DNA of 64,000 nucleotides, from the NCBI GenBank assembly GCA_031411295.1, contig JANOAV010000033.1, positions 22,246-86,245 of the forward strand, given 5' to 3'. The position numbers and the translations under genes were made by a program. This document shows, in pieces, positions 1 to 10,696 of this stretch (its first letter is position 1; the number at the start of each line of letters is the position of its first letter). The notes beneath the pieces were generated by a model. The model saw only the letters and a list, made by a program, of their open reading frames with translations, had not been told where the DNA came from and made no database searches. The DNA is from Verrucomicrobiales bacterium. Its GTDB lineage: Bacteria; Verrucomicrobiota; Verrucomicrobiia; Verrucomicrobiales; V1-33.

Positions 1-424
1 CGGGCGCATGCGAGTTCGGAGCCAGTCTGCCTAACGCAGGACGGCGTTGGGAGCAACAGCGCATGGCAGGGACGCTGGCGTATAGTGATTCGTAGCGGCG
101 GCCGGACAGGGAAATCGCGCTGGTCATCACGCGGAGCGATGATGACTACTTTAAGGGACCGTGGTCCGGGGCTTCAGTCCGTCAAATCCTCCCCGTGAAT
201 CAGACATCTGAATTCGCCCGGAACATTTCTGCGGGCTTGCGCCGGCATTAGCCCCACAGAGTCACGCGCCGAATGCTGCTGTCGGCCTGACGCTCCAAAG
301 TCATTGGTGCCGACTGCTCAATGGCGGTCAGCGCAAGATCACCGAGATGCCGGGTGCCATTAATTGTCCGCCACCGACCGAAGCTGATTGAATCCAGCGG
401 AATTCGCGTTATGAATGCGGCTAC

Positions 425-1939
425 ATGAATCAGACGCCCTCCCTGAAGCCTTTCTTTACCACCTGCGCGGCCATATTTTTGCCACTGCTGGGCGCCTTTG
501 CGATCTTCTCACAATGGCCCGGGTATGGGGTGGCGGATTTGATGCAGGGAAAACCTGCTCCGCACGAATCGACCGCGCCATCTACTCCACCAAAGCAGAG
601 TGTGGCCGAGGCCTTGGATCAGGAATTTAAAGAACTAGCCGAACGCGTCATGCCCAGCGTGGTCAGCGTCGATACTACGAAAGAGAAGGCATTCAAAAAC
701 GTCCTCGTGGAGAAGCGATCCACCATCAAGGAACTTCAGGGCACGGAATACGTCATCACCCCTGGGGTCGGATCGGGAGTTATTGTCAGCAAGGATGGCT
801 ACATTCTCACCTGTTGGCATGTGATCAAGGACCTCGACTGGGAGAACGGCCGTGACTCCTGCTCCGTGCGCCTGCATCAGGAGCGGGAGCCACGTGAAGT
901 CGAGCTGGTGGGCGTGGATCGCAAAACGGACGTGGCCGTGCTGAAGCTGCGCCAAGCCCCAGATCATGAGTTGGCCGTCCTGCCATTTGGAAATTCCGAC
1001 CTGATGCACCGGGGCAATATTGTCATGGCGGTGGGTTCACCCTTTGGTCTGTTCGACACCGTTTCCCAAGGCATCCTCAGCAATTGTGATCGCAAGTTGA
1101 GTGATACCGACGATGCGTTGCCCTATTTCCAGACCGACTGTGTCATTAATCCCGGCAACTCCGGTGGGCCCTTGGTCAATCTCAAGGGCGAGATCATCGG
1201 CATCAACTGGGCGCTCTATTCCGGTCAGTCCGATGTCCATACCTGGCAGGGCATCGGTCTCGTCGTGCGCTCCAATGAAGCCAAAGCCGCCCTGGATGTC
1301 ATCCGCCACCAAAGCGGCCCGCGGCCCTTCCTGGGGCTGGGGATTGACGAAACAAAGTTTGATCCCTTGCAGGAAGATCGCAGAGTCTTCATTTCCGAAG
1401 TGTCCAAAGATTCTCCCGCCACCACGGCAGGATTGCAGGTGAACGACACCATCCAGGCGATCGACGACATGCCGGTGGCTAACATGGCGGAAGCCTGGAA
1501 ACGCATGCGGCTTAAACTGGTGGGAGAGACCGTGGAGTTCAAAATAACCCGGGGAACCGAGGCCGAGCCACTAACGCTCAAACTCACCGTGGCGGACATG
1601 GACAAGGATAGCCCGCCGCCGCCACAGATTGTGGATCTCACCAAAGCACTGGGCCTCAAAGTGAAAAACTGTGAGGGCCGGGAACGCTTCACCTACAAGA
1701 TTCGTCAGTGGACGCATGGGGATGACTTCGTGCTCGTCTGGGACGTGGATCGGGACGGTCCGTTAGCGGGAAGAGTTCGCCAAGGCGATATCCTCCTCAG
1801 TCTGGATGGTGGTCCGAGAATTAAATCCACCGCCGAATTGGAGGCGGCTCTTAAATCCCGCAAAAACCACGATGCATTGATCTTGGAGGTTTGGCGGGAT
1901 GCCCAGACGATTTTGAACGTCGAGGTCGGACCGCAATAA
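425..1939 (+). CDS. HtrA/DegP-like S1C serine protease with two PDZ domains and an N-terminal membrane anchor
   Basis: Catalytic motifs TCWHV, TDVAVLK and INPGNSGGPL; PDZ-like FLGLG...SPA..AGLQVND; hydrophobic N-terminus. Confidence 0.92.
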   Translation: MNQTPSLKPFFTTCAAIFLPLLGAFAIFSQWPGYGVADLMQGKPAPHESTAPSTPPKQSVAEALDQEFKELAERVMPSVVSVDTTKEKAFKNVLVEKRSTIKELQGTEYVITPGVGSGVIVSKDGYILTCWHVIKDLDWENGRDSCSVRLHQEREPREVELVGVDRKTDVAVLKLRQAPDHELAVLPFGNSDLMHRGNIVMAVGSPFGLFDTVSQGILSNCDRKLSDTDDALPYFQTDCVINPGNSGGPLVNLKGEIIGINWALYSGQSDVHTWQGIGLVVRSNEAKAALDVIRHQSGPRPFLGLGIDETKFDPLQEDRRVFISEVSKDSPATTAGLQVNDTIQAIDDMPVANMAEAWKRMRLKLVGETVEFKITRGTEAEPLTLKLTVADMDKDSPPPPQIVDLTKALGLKVKNCEGRERFTYKIRQWTHGDDFVLVWDVDRDGPLAGRVRQGDILLSLDGGPRIKSTAELEAALKSRKNHDALILEVWRDAQTILNVEVGPQ

Positions 1940-2000
1940 GCCGCCCATCAGGGGTGTTTCTCTGATTGCGCAACCTCCTGGTTGGGTCCACGTCTCTGCC

Positions 2001-3701
2001 ATGTCCCGCTCTGCGATCTATTCCATTTTCACTCTGACCGTGCTCTTCATGGCGGTGTTCTTTCTCTTCCCGATTCTGGTTTCGGTGAAGTCCGCGTTCG
2101 TTGGCCCTGACGGGAAATGGACCCTCAGCTATCTCATGGAGATCATGGACAACCCCCTGTATCGGGAAGGGCTGTGGAATTCCTTCCGCATGGCCGTCGG
2201 CAGCACTGCGCTGTCGCTGGCCATCGCCCTTCCCCTGGCCATGCTGGCCAGTCGTTATGAGTTTCCGGGGAAAATGTTGCTCACCTCCCTGGTGCTCATC
2301 CCGCTGATCCTCCCACCGTTCGTGGGCGCGCTGGGCATCTCTGCCATGCTGCGACCCTACGGGGCCATCATGACGCTGCTGGGGCAGTTGGGTATTGTTT
2401 CCAAACTCAACCCACCCGATCTCTTGGGCTCCGGAGCCCTGACCGGGGTGATTTTGATGAATGCGCTGCATTTGTATCCCATCTTCTTTTTAAACATTAC
2501 GGCGGCCCTGGCAAACCTGGACCCAGCCATGGAGGAGAGCGCAGCCAACCTCGGCTGTCCTCCCTGGCGACGTTTCTTCCGCATCACGCTGCCGCTGGCT
2601 ATGCCGGGGATTTTTGCCGGTGGCGTCATCGTCTTCATCTGGGCGTTTACCGAACTCGGGGTGCCCCTGATGTTCCAATACAGCCGCGTCACCAGCGTGC
2701 AGATCTTCGACGGCATCAAAGACCTCGGCGGCAACCCCATTCCCTACGCGCTGGTCGTCGTGACCTTCATGGTCTCCGTCACCATCTTCCTCCTCAGCAA
2801 GAAGCTCATGGGCAATAACGACTACGCCAGCAGCGGTCGCGCAGCCACCACCTCGCAAGTGCGCACGCTCACAGGATCCGTGGGATGGCTCTGTGCGGCG
2901 GTCTTCGCATTGGTGATCGGCATCGCCATCCTGCCGCACGTGGGAGTATTCTTTACCGCCTTCAGCAACGACTGGTATCGGACCGTCTTCCCCTCCCAGA
3001 TGACCACTGACAACATCAGCGATGCTCTGGGCCATCCCATCGCGTTGCCCAGCATTCGCAACAGTCTCATCTACGCCAGCCTGGCCACCGTCGTGGATCT
3101 CGTGCTCGGCGTGGCCATCGCCTTCATCGTCACCCGGACCAAAGTGCGCGGACGCAACCTCCTTGACGCCATGTCCATGCTGCCTCTGGCCGTGCCCGGC
3201 CTGGTCATGGCCTTTGGCTATTTCGCAGCCACGCGCGAAGGACAGCCGCTGCATTTCCTGATGATCGGCAAGCACGAAGCCCCCATCATCCTCCTCATCG
3301 TCGCCTACTCCATGCGACGCCTGCCTTATATCGTGCGTTCCGCCGTGGCTGGTTTCCAGCAAACCAACGTCAGCCTGGAGGAAGCCGCCATGAACCTCGG
3401 GGCCTCGCCCATGCGGACCATGAAATTAATCACCCTGCCACTCATAGCCGCCAACCTCGTGGCCGGTGGCCTCCTCGCCTTCGCCTTCGCCATGATGGAA
3501 GTCTCCGACTCCCTCATCCTCGCCCAACGCCCCGAAGACTACCCCATCACCAAGGCCATGTATATCCTCTCCGGAAACCTCGGCAACGGAGCCGCCCTCG
3601 CCAGCGCGTTAGGCACCTGGTCCATGCTCTTCCTGGGAGTTACCATGATTGGAGCATCCCTTATCCTTGGAAAGAAAATGGGCTCACTGTTCCGGGCTTG
3701 A
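2001..3701 (+). CDS. ABC transporter permease, iron(III)/FbpB-like, with two BPD_transp_1 modules
   Basis: Two EAA motifs (MEESAANLG, LEEAAMNLGA); many transmembrane segments; 566 aa. Confidence 0.88.
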   Translation: MSRSAIYSIFTLTVLFMAVFFLFPILVSVKSAFVGPDGKWTLSYLMEIMDNPLYREGLWNSFRMAVGSTALSLAIALPLAMLASRYEFPGKMLLTSLVLIPLILPPFVGALGISAMLRPYGAIMTLLGQLGIVSKLNPPDLLGSGALTGVILMNALHLYPIFFLNITAALANLDPAMEESAANLGCPPWRRFFRITLPLAMPGIFAGGVIVFIWAFTELGVPLMFQYSRVTSVQIFDGIKDLGGNPIPYALVVVTFMVSVTIFLLSKKLMGNNDYASSGRAATTSQVRTLTGSVGWLCAAVFALVIGIAILPHVGVFFTAFSNDWYRTVFPSQMTTDNISDALGHPIALPSIRNSLIYASLATVVDLVLGVAIAFIVTRTKVRGRNLLDAMSMLPLAVPGLVMAFGYFAATREGQPLHFLMIGKHEAPIILLIVAYSMRRLPYIVRSAVAGFQQTNVSLEEAAMNLGASPMRTMKLITLPLIAANLVAGGLLAFAFAMMEVSDSLILAQRPEDYPITKAMYILSGNLGNGAALASALGTWSMLFLGVTMIGASLILGKKMGSLFRA

Positions 3702-3757
3702 ATCTGATTCACATGGCGCAGCACTTGCGGATGGCATTTCCTGCGCTAGCTTTTCCC

Positions 3758-4087
3758 ATGACTGAAACCGATACGGAGGGGGACCGCCTGGCTCACCAAC
3801 GCTTTTGCTTGATCGCTGATAAGATTGCAGCAGATCCAGCCATGTTGTCTATTCCGCTGGAAAATATTCAGCGGTGGTTGGGCAATGGGCATTGGGCGAA
3901 ACGGGAACTCACCGTCTGGAAAGGCTGGATTGAAGCGGCTCAGGTGGATCCTGCTGCGCTGCAACGATTGTTGGATTTGTTGCGGGATGACAGCGAGGAA
4001 TCGCGTGACTGGAAGGGATTCTCGCCTTTTCCGGGGATTTTGACGAAGGAGGAAAGACAACACACGCAATGGACCTCAAGGCATTAA
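3758..4087 (+). CDS. Small hypothetical protein, putative partner of the downstream nucleotidyltransferase
   Basis: C-terminal SPFPGILTKEER motif, of the kind seen in small proteins upstream of DUF6036-type NTases; overlaps the next gene. The start codon is uncertain (3698, 3713, 3731 or 3758). Confidence 0.6.
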   Translation: MTETDTEGDRLAHQRFCLIADKIAADPAMLSIPLENIQRWLGNGHWAKRELTVWKGWIEAAQVDPAALQRLLDLLRDDSEESRDWKGFSPFPGILTKEERQHTQWTSRH

Positions 4088-4620
4088 AGCACTTAGCCAG
4101 CGTGGTGCAGGCGATTACCCTGGGCCGGAGGCTGATTGTGTTCGGTTCAATCCTCCCTCTTCGCCGCTTTCCTGAAGCTGATGACGATTATGAATTAATG
4201 AGGCGTTCGATGGACGCTGACTTTGTGCTGGACCCATTTGATGAAACCACTGGGAAAACGGTAGGGGACGCGATTGGCGCTGAGGCGGATTTTGCCAGTC
4301 AATTCGGTTATTACGCAGATATTGTGCGGCCCATTGTGTGTGAAAACTTTCCCCCAGGCTGGGAGGATCGCGTGATTCCACTGGAGGGAGTGGCCAACGT
4401 TTTCTGTTTGGAGCCTCATGACATGGCGGTGGCCAAGCTCTTTGCGGGTCGCCCGAAAGACATCGCCCTGCTCACGGCTCTGATGAAATCGCAGCGCTTG
4501 GATGCCCTGCGGATTTATCATTTGCTGTTCGAAACTCCGATGCCCGAAGCCATGATCGTGAAGACCCATAGCCGTCTGAAACAAGCGGCTGATGGAGCTG
4601 GCGTGGTTTTGCCGCGGTGA
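4069..4620 (+). CDS. DUF6036-like predicted nucleotidyltransferase
   Basis: IVFGS...SMDAD (G-S...DxD), FGYYAD, P.GW.DR and CLEPHD.AVAKL.AGRPKD motifs. Confidence 0.75.
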   Translation: MDLKALKHLASVVQAITLGRRLIVFGSILPLRRFPEADDDYELMRRSMDADFVLDPFDETTGKTVGDAIGAEADFASQFGYYADIVRPIVCENFPPGWEDRVIPLEGVANVFCLEPHDMAVAKLFAGRPKDIALLTALMKSQRLDALRIYHLLFETPMPEAMIVKTHSRLKQAADGAGVVLPR

Positions 4621-4692
4621 GCTTATTCCTGACGGCACACCTCCCTCCATGGCAGCCATCGGCTGCTCCCTTCATGCATCCTCGCAAGGGAT

Positions 4693-5511
4693 CTATCTCC
4701 GACGACGACCTAAGGAAAGCCCACCGAACACTAGCAACGAACCAAGCAGACTCGGTTCAGGGACTGCGACTCCAGTGAATCTCACGTTATCGATCGCGTA
4801 TCCTCCATCGTTGTTCGTAGCTGCGTTGTCATCCGCCCACACCACGTAAATGGACGTCCCGGGGGTCACCGGGTTGTCAAACACGATATTAGCGGTGTTG
4901 TTGAGGGCGCTCGCATTCACCAAGGACCCGCTGGCAAAAAAGTAGTTTGCGACTGGCTTGAACGATCCCACCGCTCCACCGACGCTGTAATAGAGGCGAT
5001 GTCCATTGGCGAATCCGTCATCTGTCGTGGCTCCAGCAGTAGAGACTGAATCGATGGCACTGTCCCAGATGACCGACATTCCAGATAAATTACTAGTCCC
5101 GCCCACGACAAGATTCCCCATGACGCCAGACCAACTTAACGCAGTCACCTGAGTTGCCAAATGCGGGTTTGTGAAAATCCCGACCGCGTTTGAATTCACG
5201 TATTTGCCCTTGGTATTTGTGCCATTGGCCGTCACCACCGCTAATGCAGTAGCCATATCCGTAGCCGCCATCAAACCCAACTGAGTGTCGAAAGTGGCTG
5301 TATTGGTAATTGTGGCGCCACTAGCCGCAAAGGTCCCGGTGGTGGTAGCGGCCGTCAGGGCAGTGGTGGACCAGTCGCTTGCCGCAGGCCCACCAGCTCC
5401 GTAGCTGTCAAAATTGTCCGTCGTGGTAGCAGTCGTCAGGGTGAGTGCCTGCACCGAGGACGCAATGGTCACACCAAGTGCGGTCAGGATTCGGGTTGAA
5501 AATTGGCTCAT
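4693..5511 (-). CDS. PEP-CTERM sorting-domain surface protein
   Basis: Signal peptide; Thr/Ala/Gly-rich body; C-terminal VPEPS, transmembrane helix and RRRR. Confidence 0.9.
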   Translation of the reverse strand: MSQFSTRILTALGVTIASSVQALTLTTATTTDNFDSYGAGGPAASDWSTTALTAATTTGTFAASGATITNTATFDTQLGLMAATDMATALAVVTANGTNTKGKYVNSNAVGIFTNPHLATQVTALSWSGVMGNLVVGGTSNLSGMSVIWDSAIDSVSTAGATTDDGFANGHRLYYSVGGAVGSFKPVANYFFASGSLVNASALNNTANIVFDNPVTPGTSIYVVWADDNAATNNDGGYAIDNVRFTGVAVPEPSLLGSLLVFGGLSLGRRRR

Positions 5512-5761
5512 GAGCGGCGGGTGGGTTGAGGTAATAACTGTGTTGGGGAGTAGCCAAGGGAAACGCTACTTTTGAGACTACTCCGATTCACCCAGTTTCA
5601 ACAAGAAAAATCCGCGCCTTTTTTCTATCATTGCAAAAATGACATTTAGCCAACTGCCTCAGTGCATGGCCGCAAGTCACCCGCGCAACAGAATTGAGGG
5701 ATTGAAGCCCGGCTGGCGTGTGTCCTAGAGTGGGTCCTGCCTGAAATTCAGACCTGTGACC

Positions 5762-6856
5762 CTACCCTAAATACGCCCGCAGCAATTCCACGAAGCGTTC
5801 ATTCTGCGGCATAGTGCCGACGCTGATGCGGATCCATTCAGGCAGGCCGTAGGCGCGCATGGCGCGGACGATCATGCCTTGGCGGAGGAATTTGGCGAAG
5901 AGGTCGTCGCCATCGCCCACTTTGACGAGGACGAAGTTGGCGTGGCTGGGGACGTATTCCAGACCCAGTTCCGTGAAGATTTTTTCAAAATAATCCCGGC
6001 CTTCGAAGTTGACTTGGCGGGTGCGTTCCAGGTGTTCCTCATCCAGGAGACCAGCCAAGGCTGCGGCTTGGGCGATGCTGTTGGCATTGAAGGGTTGGCG
6101 GGTTTTTTGAATGATATCGGCCAGTTCCTTGGGGGCGATGCCATAGCCGATGCGGAGGGCGGCCAGGCCCTGGATCTTGGAAAAGGTGCGCAGGACGACG
6201 ACGTTGCGGCCTTCCCGGACATACTTCAGGGTGTCCGGCGGGTTTTTGAGGAATTCATAATACGCTTCATCGAAGACGACGACGACGTGGTCTGGCACCT
6301 TGTCCATAAAGCGATCCAGCGCGTCCTGTTCCACCAGGGTGCCAGTGGGGTTATTGGGATTGGCGATGAATACTTCCTTGGTGGCCGGGGTGATGGCGGC
6401 GGCCATGGCATCGAGATCGTGGGTGAAGCCGGGATCGTCCACTTCCACCGTGGTGGCTCCGAAGAGCGTAGCCATCAATTTGTAAACCACAAAGGCATGC
6501 TTGGCGGTCACGACTTCGGCCCCGGGGTGCAGGAAGGCGTGGCCGATGAATTCGATGATCTCATTCGATCCATTGCCGAGGATGATGTTGCCCATTTCCA
6601 GACCAAATTTATTGGCGATGGCGGTGCGGAGTTTAAAGCCCCCGCCGTCCGGGTAAATGTGGGCATCCTTCAAGGCGGCCTGCATGGCCACCAACGCTTT
6701 GGGCGAGGGCCCGAGCGGGTTTTCGTTGGAGGCGAGTTTGATGATTTCCGAAGGATTCAACCCGAGTTCACGGGCGACTTCTTCGATGGGTTTCCCCGGT
6801 TCGTAACTAACCAGATTGCGGAGTTGTTGATTGGCTTGATTCCAAATGGATGACAT
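5762..6856 (-). CDS. hisC: Histidinol-phosphate aminotransferase
   Basis: KLASNENPLG, GNGSNE, NPNNPTG, DEAYYEF and RTFSK motifs; the likely ATG is at 6856. Confidence 0.93.
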   Translation of the reverse strand: MSSIWNQANQQLRNLVSYEPGKPIEEVARELGLNPSEIIKLASNENPLGPSPKALVAMQAALKDAHIYPDGGGFKLRTAIANKFGLEMGNIILGNGSNEIIEFIGHAFLHPGAEVVTAKHAFVVYKLMATLFGATTVEVDDPGFTHDLDAMAAAITPATKEVFIANPNNPTGTLVEQDALDRFMDKVPDHVVVVFDEAYYEFLKNPPDTLKYVREGRNVVVLRTFSKIQGLAALRIGYGIAPKELADIIQKTRQPFNANSIAQAAALAGLLDEEHLERTRQVNFEGRDYFEKIFTELGLEYVPSHANFVLVKVGDGDDLFAKFLRQGMIVRAMRAYGLPEWIRISVGTMPQNERFVELLRAYLG

Positions 6857-7025
6857 GATGCACCTTCCATAGCGTGGTGGCAGCAGAGCGCAAGTGGCGA
6901 GCGGGGGGGCGAAGACCGGCAAATTGGCCTGAAAAAATTTAGCTGTATTCCCCCGCAAGTGTGCTTAGGTGCGGGTTCCCTCGCCTCTCCCCCACCCTCC
7001 CCTTTCTTCACGCAAAAAATTTCCT

Positions 7026-8396
7026 ATGGTAAAAGTCGGCCTTATTTCGCTTGGTTGTGCCAAGAACCTGATCGATTCCGAAATCATGATCGGCCACCTG
7101 CATCAGGCTGGCATGGAAATGACGCCGGATGCAGATCAGGCGGATGTGCTCATTGTGAACACGTGTTCGTTCATCGATATGGCCAAGAAGGAATCGATCG
7201 GCACGATTCAGGATGCAGTGGATGATCGGGCGGAGAACAAGCAGCGGAAGAAACAGAAGATCATCGTGGCCGGGTGTCTCTCGCAACGTTTCTCCAAGGA
7301 TCTGCCGGGCCTAATGCCGGAAGTGGATGCGTTCATTGGACTGGATCAGATCACGAAGGTGGCGCCCATTATCCAAGACTTACTCGGCATCAAGCGCACG
7401 GTGGAGAGTGTCCCGGAAAATCACGTCACATTGCAGCCGAACTACATTCCGGATTACGACACGCCACGTTTCCGGCTCACGCCGAAACACAGTGCCTATG
7501 TGAAAATTGCGGAAGGTTGCAACCACACGTGCAGTTTCTGTATTATTCCGAAAATCCGCGGACGCCATCGGAGTCGGACCCAGGAGAGCGTGGTCAAGGA
7601 AGTGCGTGATTTGGTGGCCAGCGGCGTAAAGGAAATCAATCTCATCAGCCAGGACACGACTTATTTCGGCATGGATAAGTGGTCGGACTCCCGCGCGACT
7701 CCGCGCAGTCCGGTCGATTCCAGCAAAGGAGAATCGCTCGCCACGTTGATCCGTGAACTGAACACCATTGAAGGAGACTTCTGGATTCGCCTGCTCTACA
7801 CGCATCCCGCTCACTGGAGTGATGAACTCATTGCCGCCATTGCTGAATGCCCCAAAGTGGCGCGTTATGTGGATATTCCACTGCAACATATTTCCGACAA
7901 GATGCTCAAAGTGATGCGGCGGGAAACGGGTGGTGACTACATCCGTGATCTGATCAAACGCATGCGGGCCGGCATCCCTGGCATCGCCATCCGCACCACG
8001 TTCATCGTGGGCTTCCCGGGTGAGACGAAGGAAGATTTCACAGAACTGCTGGAGTTCATTCGCGAGACGAAATTCGAACGGGCCGGCGTCTTTAAATATA
8101 GTCGCGAAGAAGGCACCAAGGCCTACACGCTGGACGAACGGATTCACCACAAGACCACTGAAAGCCGCTGGAATCAAGCGATGGCAGCGCTGCAGGAACT
8201 CAGCGAGGAGTTCAACCAGAAGCAGGTGGGCAACACGGTTCGAGTGTTAGTGGAAACTCCCGGTAGTGCCCGCACCTTCATGGATGCTCCGGATATTGAC
8301 GGCACGGTGTTCGTGGATAAGAAACTTCCCGTAGGCCAATTTGCTGACGTCAAAATCAACGACTGGCGTGGGTATGATCTGGTGGCGAATCGCTAG
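7026..8396 (+). CDS. rimO: Ribosomal protein S12 methylthiotransferase
   Basis: [18 protein letters not shown], radical SAM motif CNHTCSFC, and APDIDG in the TRAM domain. Confidence 0.95.
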   Translation: MVKVGLISLGCAKNLIDSEIMIGHLHQAGMEMTPDADQADVLIVNTCSFIDMAKKESIGTIQDAVDDRAENKQRKKQKIIVAGCLSQRFSKDLPGLMPEVDAFIGLDQITKVAPIIQDLLGIKRTVESVPENHVTLQPNYIPDYDTPRFRLTPKHSAYVKIAEGCNHTCSFCIIPKIRGRHRSRTQESVVKEVRDLVASGVKEINLISQDTTYFGMDKWSDSRATPRSPVDSSKGESLATLIRELNTIEGDFWIRLLYTHPAHWSDELIAAIAECPKVARYVDIPLQHISDKMLKVMRRETGGDYIRDLIKRMRAGIPGIAIRTTFIVGFPGETKEDFTELLEFIRETKFERAGVFKYSREEGTKAYTLDERIHHKTTESRWNQAMAALQELSEEFNQKQVGNTVRVLVETPGSARTFMDAPDIDGTVFVDKKLPVGQFADVKINDWRGYDLVANR

Positions 8397-8449
8397 GGTG
8401 TGGTGATCTCCTGACTTGGCAGCGGCGGAAATTCGCTCCATGTTCTCGA

Positions 8450-10528
8450 ATGACCACTTCTTCAGTTCCGCCAAGCCACAAATATTTCTGCCCCATGTGC
8501 CCGGGCATGGAACAGGATCGTCCGGGGACTTGTCGCATGTGCGGGATGGCCTTGGAGCTAAATCCTGCCTTCCTCACTGCCAAGCTGGAACCGGACCCGG
8601 AATTGATTTCCATGACCCGTCGGCTCTGGTGGTGTGCGGCCTTGGCCCTTCCGGTTTTCCTGCTGGCAATGGGCCATCTCTGGAATGCCGCATGGTCCCA
8701 TGCAGACTGGTCCCGCTGGGTGCAGTTCCTTCTGAGCACTCCGGTGGTCCTCATCGGCGGAGCGCCATTTCTCAAGCGGGGATGGGATTCGTTTCGCTCT
8801 GGCAGCTTGAATATGTTCAGCCTGATCGCACTGGGAGTGGTGGCCGCCTACGGTTTTAGCGTGGCGTCGATGTTGCGCCCCGGGCACGGGCCGATTTATT
8901 TTGAAGCGGCGGCAGTCATTATTGTGCTAGTGATCGTGGGTCAGGTGCTGGAGTTGCGAGCTCGTCAGCAAACTGGCTCGGCCCTGCGGGAACTGCTGGG
9001 ACTGGTGCCGCCGGAAGCCCTGCGAGTCGATGCGACAGGGGAAACCACGATTCCGCTCAGCGAGGTGATGGTGGGAGATCTCCTGCGCGTGCGCCCGGGT
9101 GCCAGTATTCCTGTGGATGGGGTTGTCGTGGAGGGGCAGAGTTCCGTGGATGAGTCGATGCTGACAGGTGAATCACTCCCGGTGGAAAAATCCGTCAGTG
9201 ATAGCGTCACAGGCGGGACGCTGAACCACCAAGGCAGCCTGCTCATCCGGGCGGAGCGGGTGGGAGCGGAAACGTTGCTCTCACAGTTAGTGCAGGTGGT
9301 GGCCAAAGCGCAACGCAGCCGGGCTCCGATTCAATCGCTGGCGGATGAAATTGCCTCATGGTTCACTCCCACGGTCATTTTCCTGGCCGCGCTCACGTTT
9401 ATTCTGTGGTGGTGGCTCGGGCCGGAACCGAAATTCGCTCAAGCACTAACGTGCGCAGTTTCCGTGCTGATCATTGCCTGCCCCTGTGCGTTAGGTTTGG
9501 CCACGCCCATGAGCGTGACCGTCGGCATGGGCCGCGGAGCGCGGCAGGGCGTGTTGATTCGCGAAGCCGCCGCGATTGAACTCCTGGCGAAAGCGGACAT
9601 TCTCGCCATCGACAAAACCGGCACCCTGACTTCCGGCAAGCCTCACGTAGCGCGTTTTGTTCCCGTAGCTGGAACCACGGAAGAGGAGTTGCTGCTCGTG
9701 GCGGCAGCGGTGGAGAATCATAGCGAACATCCGCTGGGCCGGGCTCTGGTGCTAGCAGCCGTGGCCCGCAAGTTGGCTGTGCCGGAGGTGACAGACTTTA
9801 CCTCATTTCCCGCCGCCGGAGTTCGCGGCATGGTGGATGGCAAAATGATCGTGGTGGGAAAAGCCAAGTTTCTGCAAGATCAAGGGATCGAACTGGTCTC
9901 CGGAATGGATCCTCAAGCGGGGGAATCACTCATGCTCGTGGCCGCTGATAAAATTGTGCTTGGAGGAATTTTCCTGGCTGACACCGTTAAGCCAAATGCT
10001 CAGGCAAGTCTGGCGGAACTCAAGGCGCTGGGGCTGCAGGTAATTATTCTTAGTGGCGACAACCAACCAGCCGTGAGCGCCTTGGCGCAAACCGTGGGTC
10101 TCACCGAAGCCTATGGCGGATTGACGCCACAGGATAAACAGTCGCGCATTCAGGCTTGGAAGGACGCAGGGCACACCGTGCTAATGGCAGGGGATGGCGT
10201 CAACGATGCCCCAGCCCTGGCCAGTGCGGATGTGGGGATTGCCATGGGCACGGGAACCGATGTGGCGATGCAAACCGCTGGCGTCACTTTGGTCAAAGGG
10301 GATCTGGCCGGACTGGCGCGCGCGGTCCGCTTGGGACGAGCCATGCGACGGAATATTCGCCAGAATCTAACCTTCGCGTTTCTCTATAATGGACTTGGCA
10401 TCCCGCTGGCAGCCGGGGTCTTCTATCCGGTCTTTGGCTGGCTCATGAATCCCATGTTTGCCGGGCTGGCCATGAGCCTGAGTTCCGTCTCCGTCATCGC
10501 CAATGCGTTGCGGTTGCGGAGAAGTTAG
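8450..10528 (+). CDS. copA: Copper-translocating P1B-type ATPase
   Basis: N-terminal CPMC...CxxCGMxL metal-binding domain; TGES, CPC, DKTGT, SEHP and GDGVNDAP motifs; YN and MxxSS Cu(I) signatures. Confidence 0.88.
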   Translation: MTTSSVPPSHKYFCPMCPGMEQDRPGTCRMCGMALELNPAFLTAKLEPDPELISMTRRLWWCAALALPVFLLAMGHLWNAAWSHADWSRWVQFLLSTPVVLIGGAPFLKRGWDSFRSGSLNMFSLIALGVVAAYGFSVASMLRPGHGPIYFEAAAVIIVLVIVGQVLELRARQQTGSALRELLGLVPPEALRVDATGETTIPLSEVMVGDLLRVRPGASIPVDGVVVEGQSSVDESMLTGESLPVEKSVSDSVTGGTLNHQGSLLIRAERVGAETLLSQLVQVVAKAQRSRAPIQSLADEIASWFTPTVIFLAALTFILWWWLGPEPKFAQALTCAVSVLIIACPCALGLATPMSVTVGMGRGARQGVLIREAAAIELLAKADILAIDKTGTLTSGKPHVARFVPVAGTTEEELLLVAAAVENHSEHPLGRALVLAAVARKLAVPEVTDFTSFPAAGVRGMVDGKMIVVGKAKFLQDQGIELVSGMDPQAGESLMLVAADKIVLGGIFLADTVKPNAQASLAELKALGLQVIILSGDNQPAVSALAQTVGLTEAYGGLTPQDKQSRIQAWKDAGHTVLMAGDGVNDAPALASADVGIAMGTGTDVAMQTAGVTLVKGDLAGLARAVRLGRAMRRNIRQNLTFAFLYNGLGIPLAAGVFYPVFGWLMNPMFAGLAMSLSSVSVIANALRLRRS

Positions 10529-10564
10529 GCCATCACCCATTGGAAATGGGCGTTGCGCTACGAT

Positions 10565-10588
10565 GAGCAGCCCAGCGGGCTGCTCCAC
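10565..10588 (-). repeat. REP-like palindrome (GTGGAGCAGCCCGCTGGGCTGCTC on the minus strand)
   Basis: Same core as the units at 49074-49273; lies between convergent genes. Confidence 0.7.
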
Positions 10589-10696
10589 TTTCGACCGTTT
10601 GCTTTCTCGCAATGGCTTGCTAGCAGAAATCTGCTGTCCTGCTTGAACCTGCTGGAAGTCACGAACAAGATGGCTCGGAGCATTCCCAGCCTGGCT

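Noticed and set aside
1..420. Possible gene end or ncRNA at the window start
   Set aside because: There is no recognisable ORF or RNA motif beyond a REP-like hairpin at 161-181.
5546..5584. Hairpin GGAGTAG...CTACTCC upstream of the PEP-CTERM gene as a riboswitch
   Set aside because: The stem is short, with no known aptamer motif and no terminator.
5879..6853. Long antisense or alternate-frame ORFs (also e.g. 2490-3362, 27328-28221, 35455-36528, 41529-42341)
   Set aside because: These are shadows of well-supported genes in GC-rich DNA and show no motifs.
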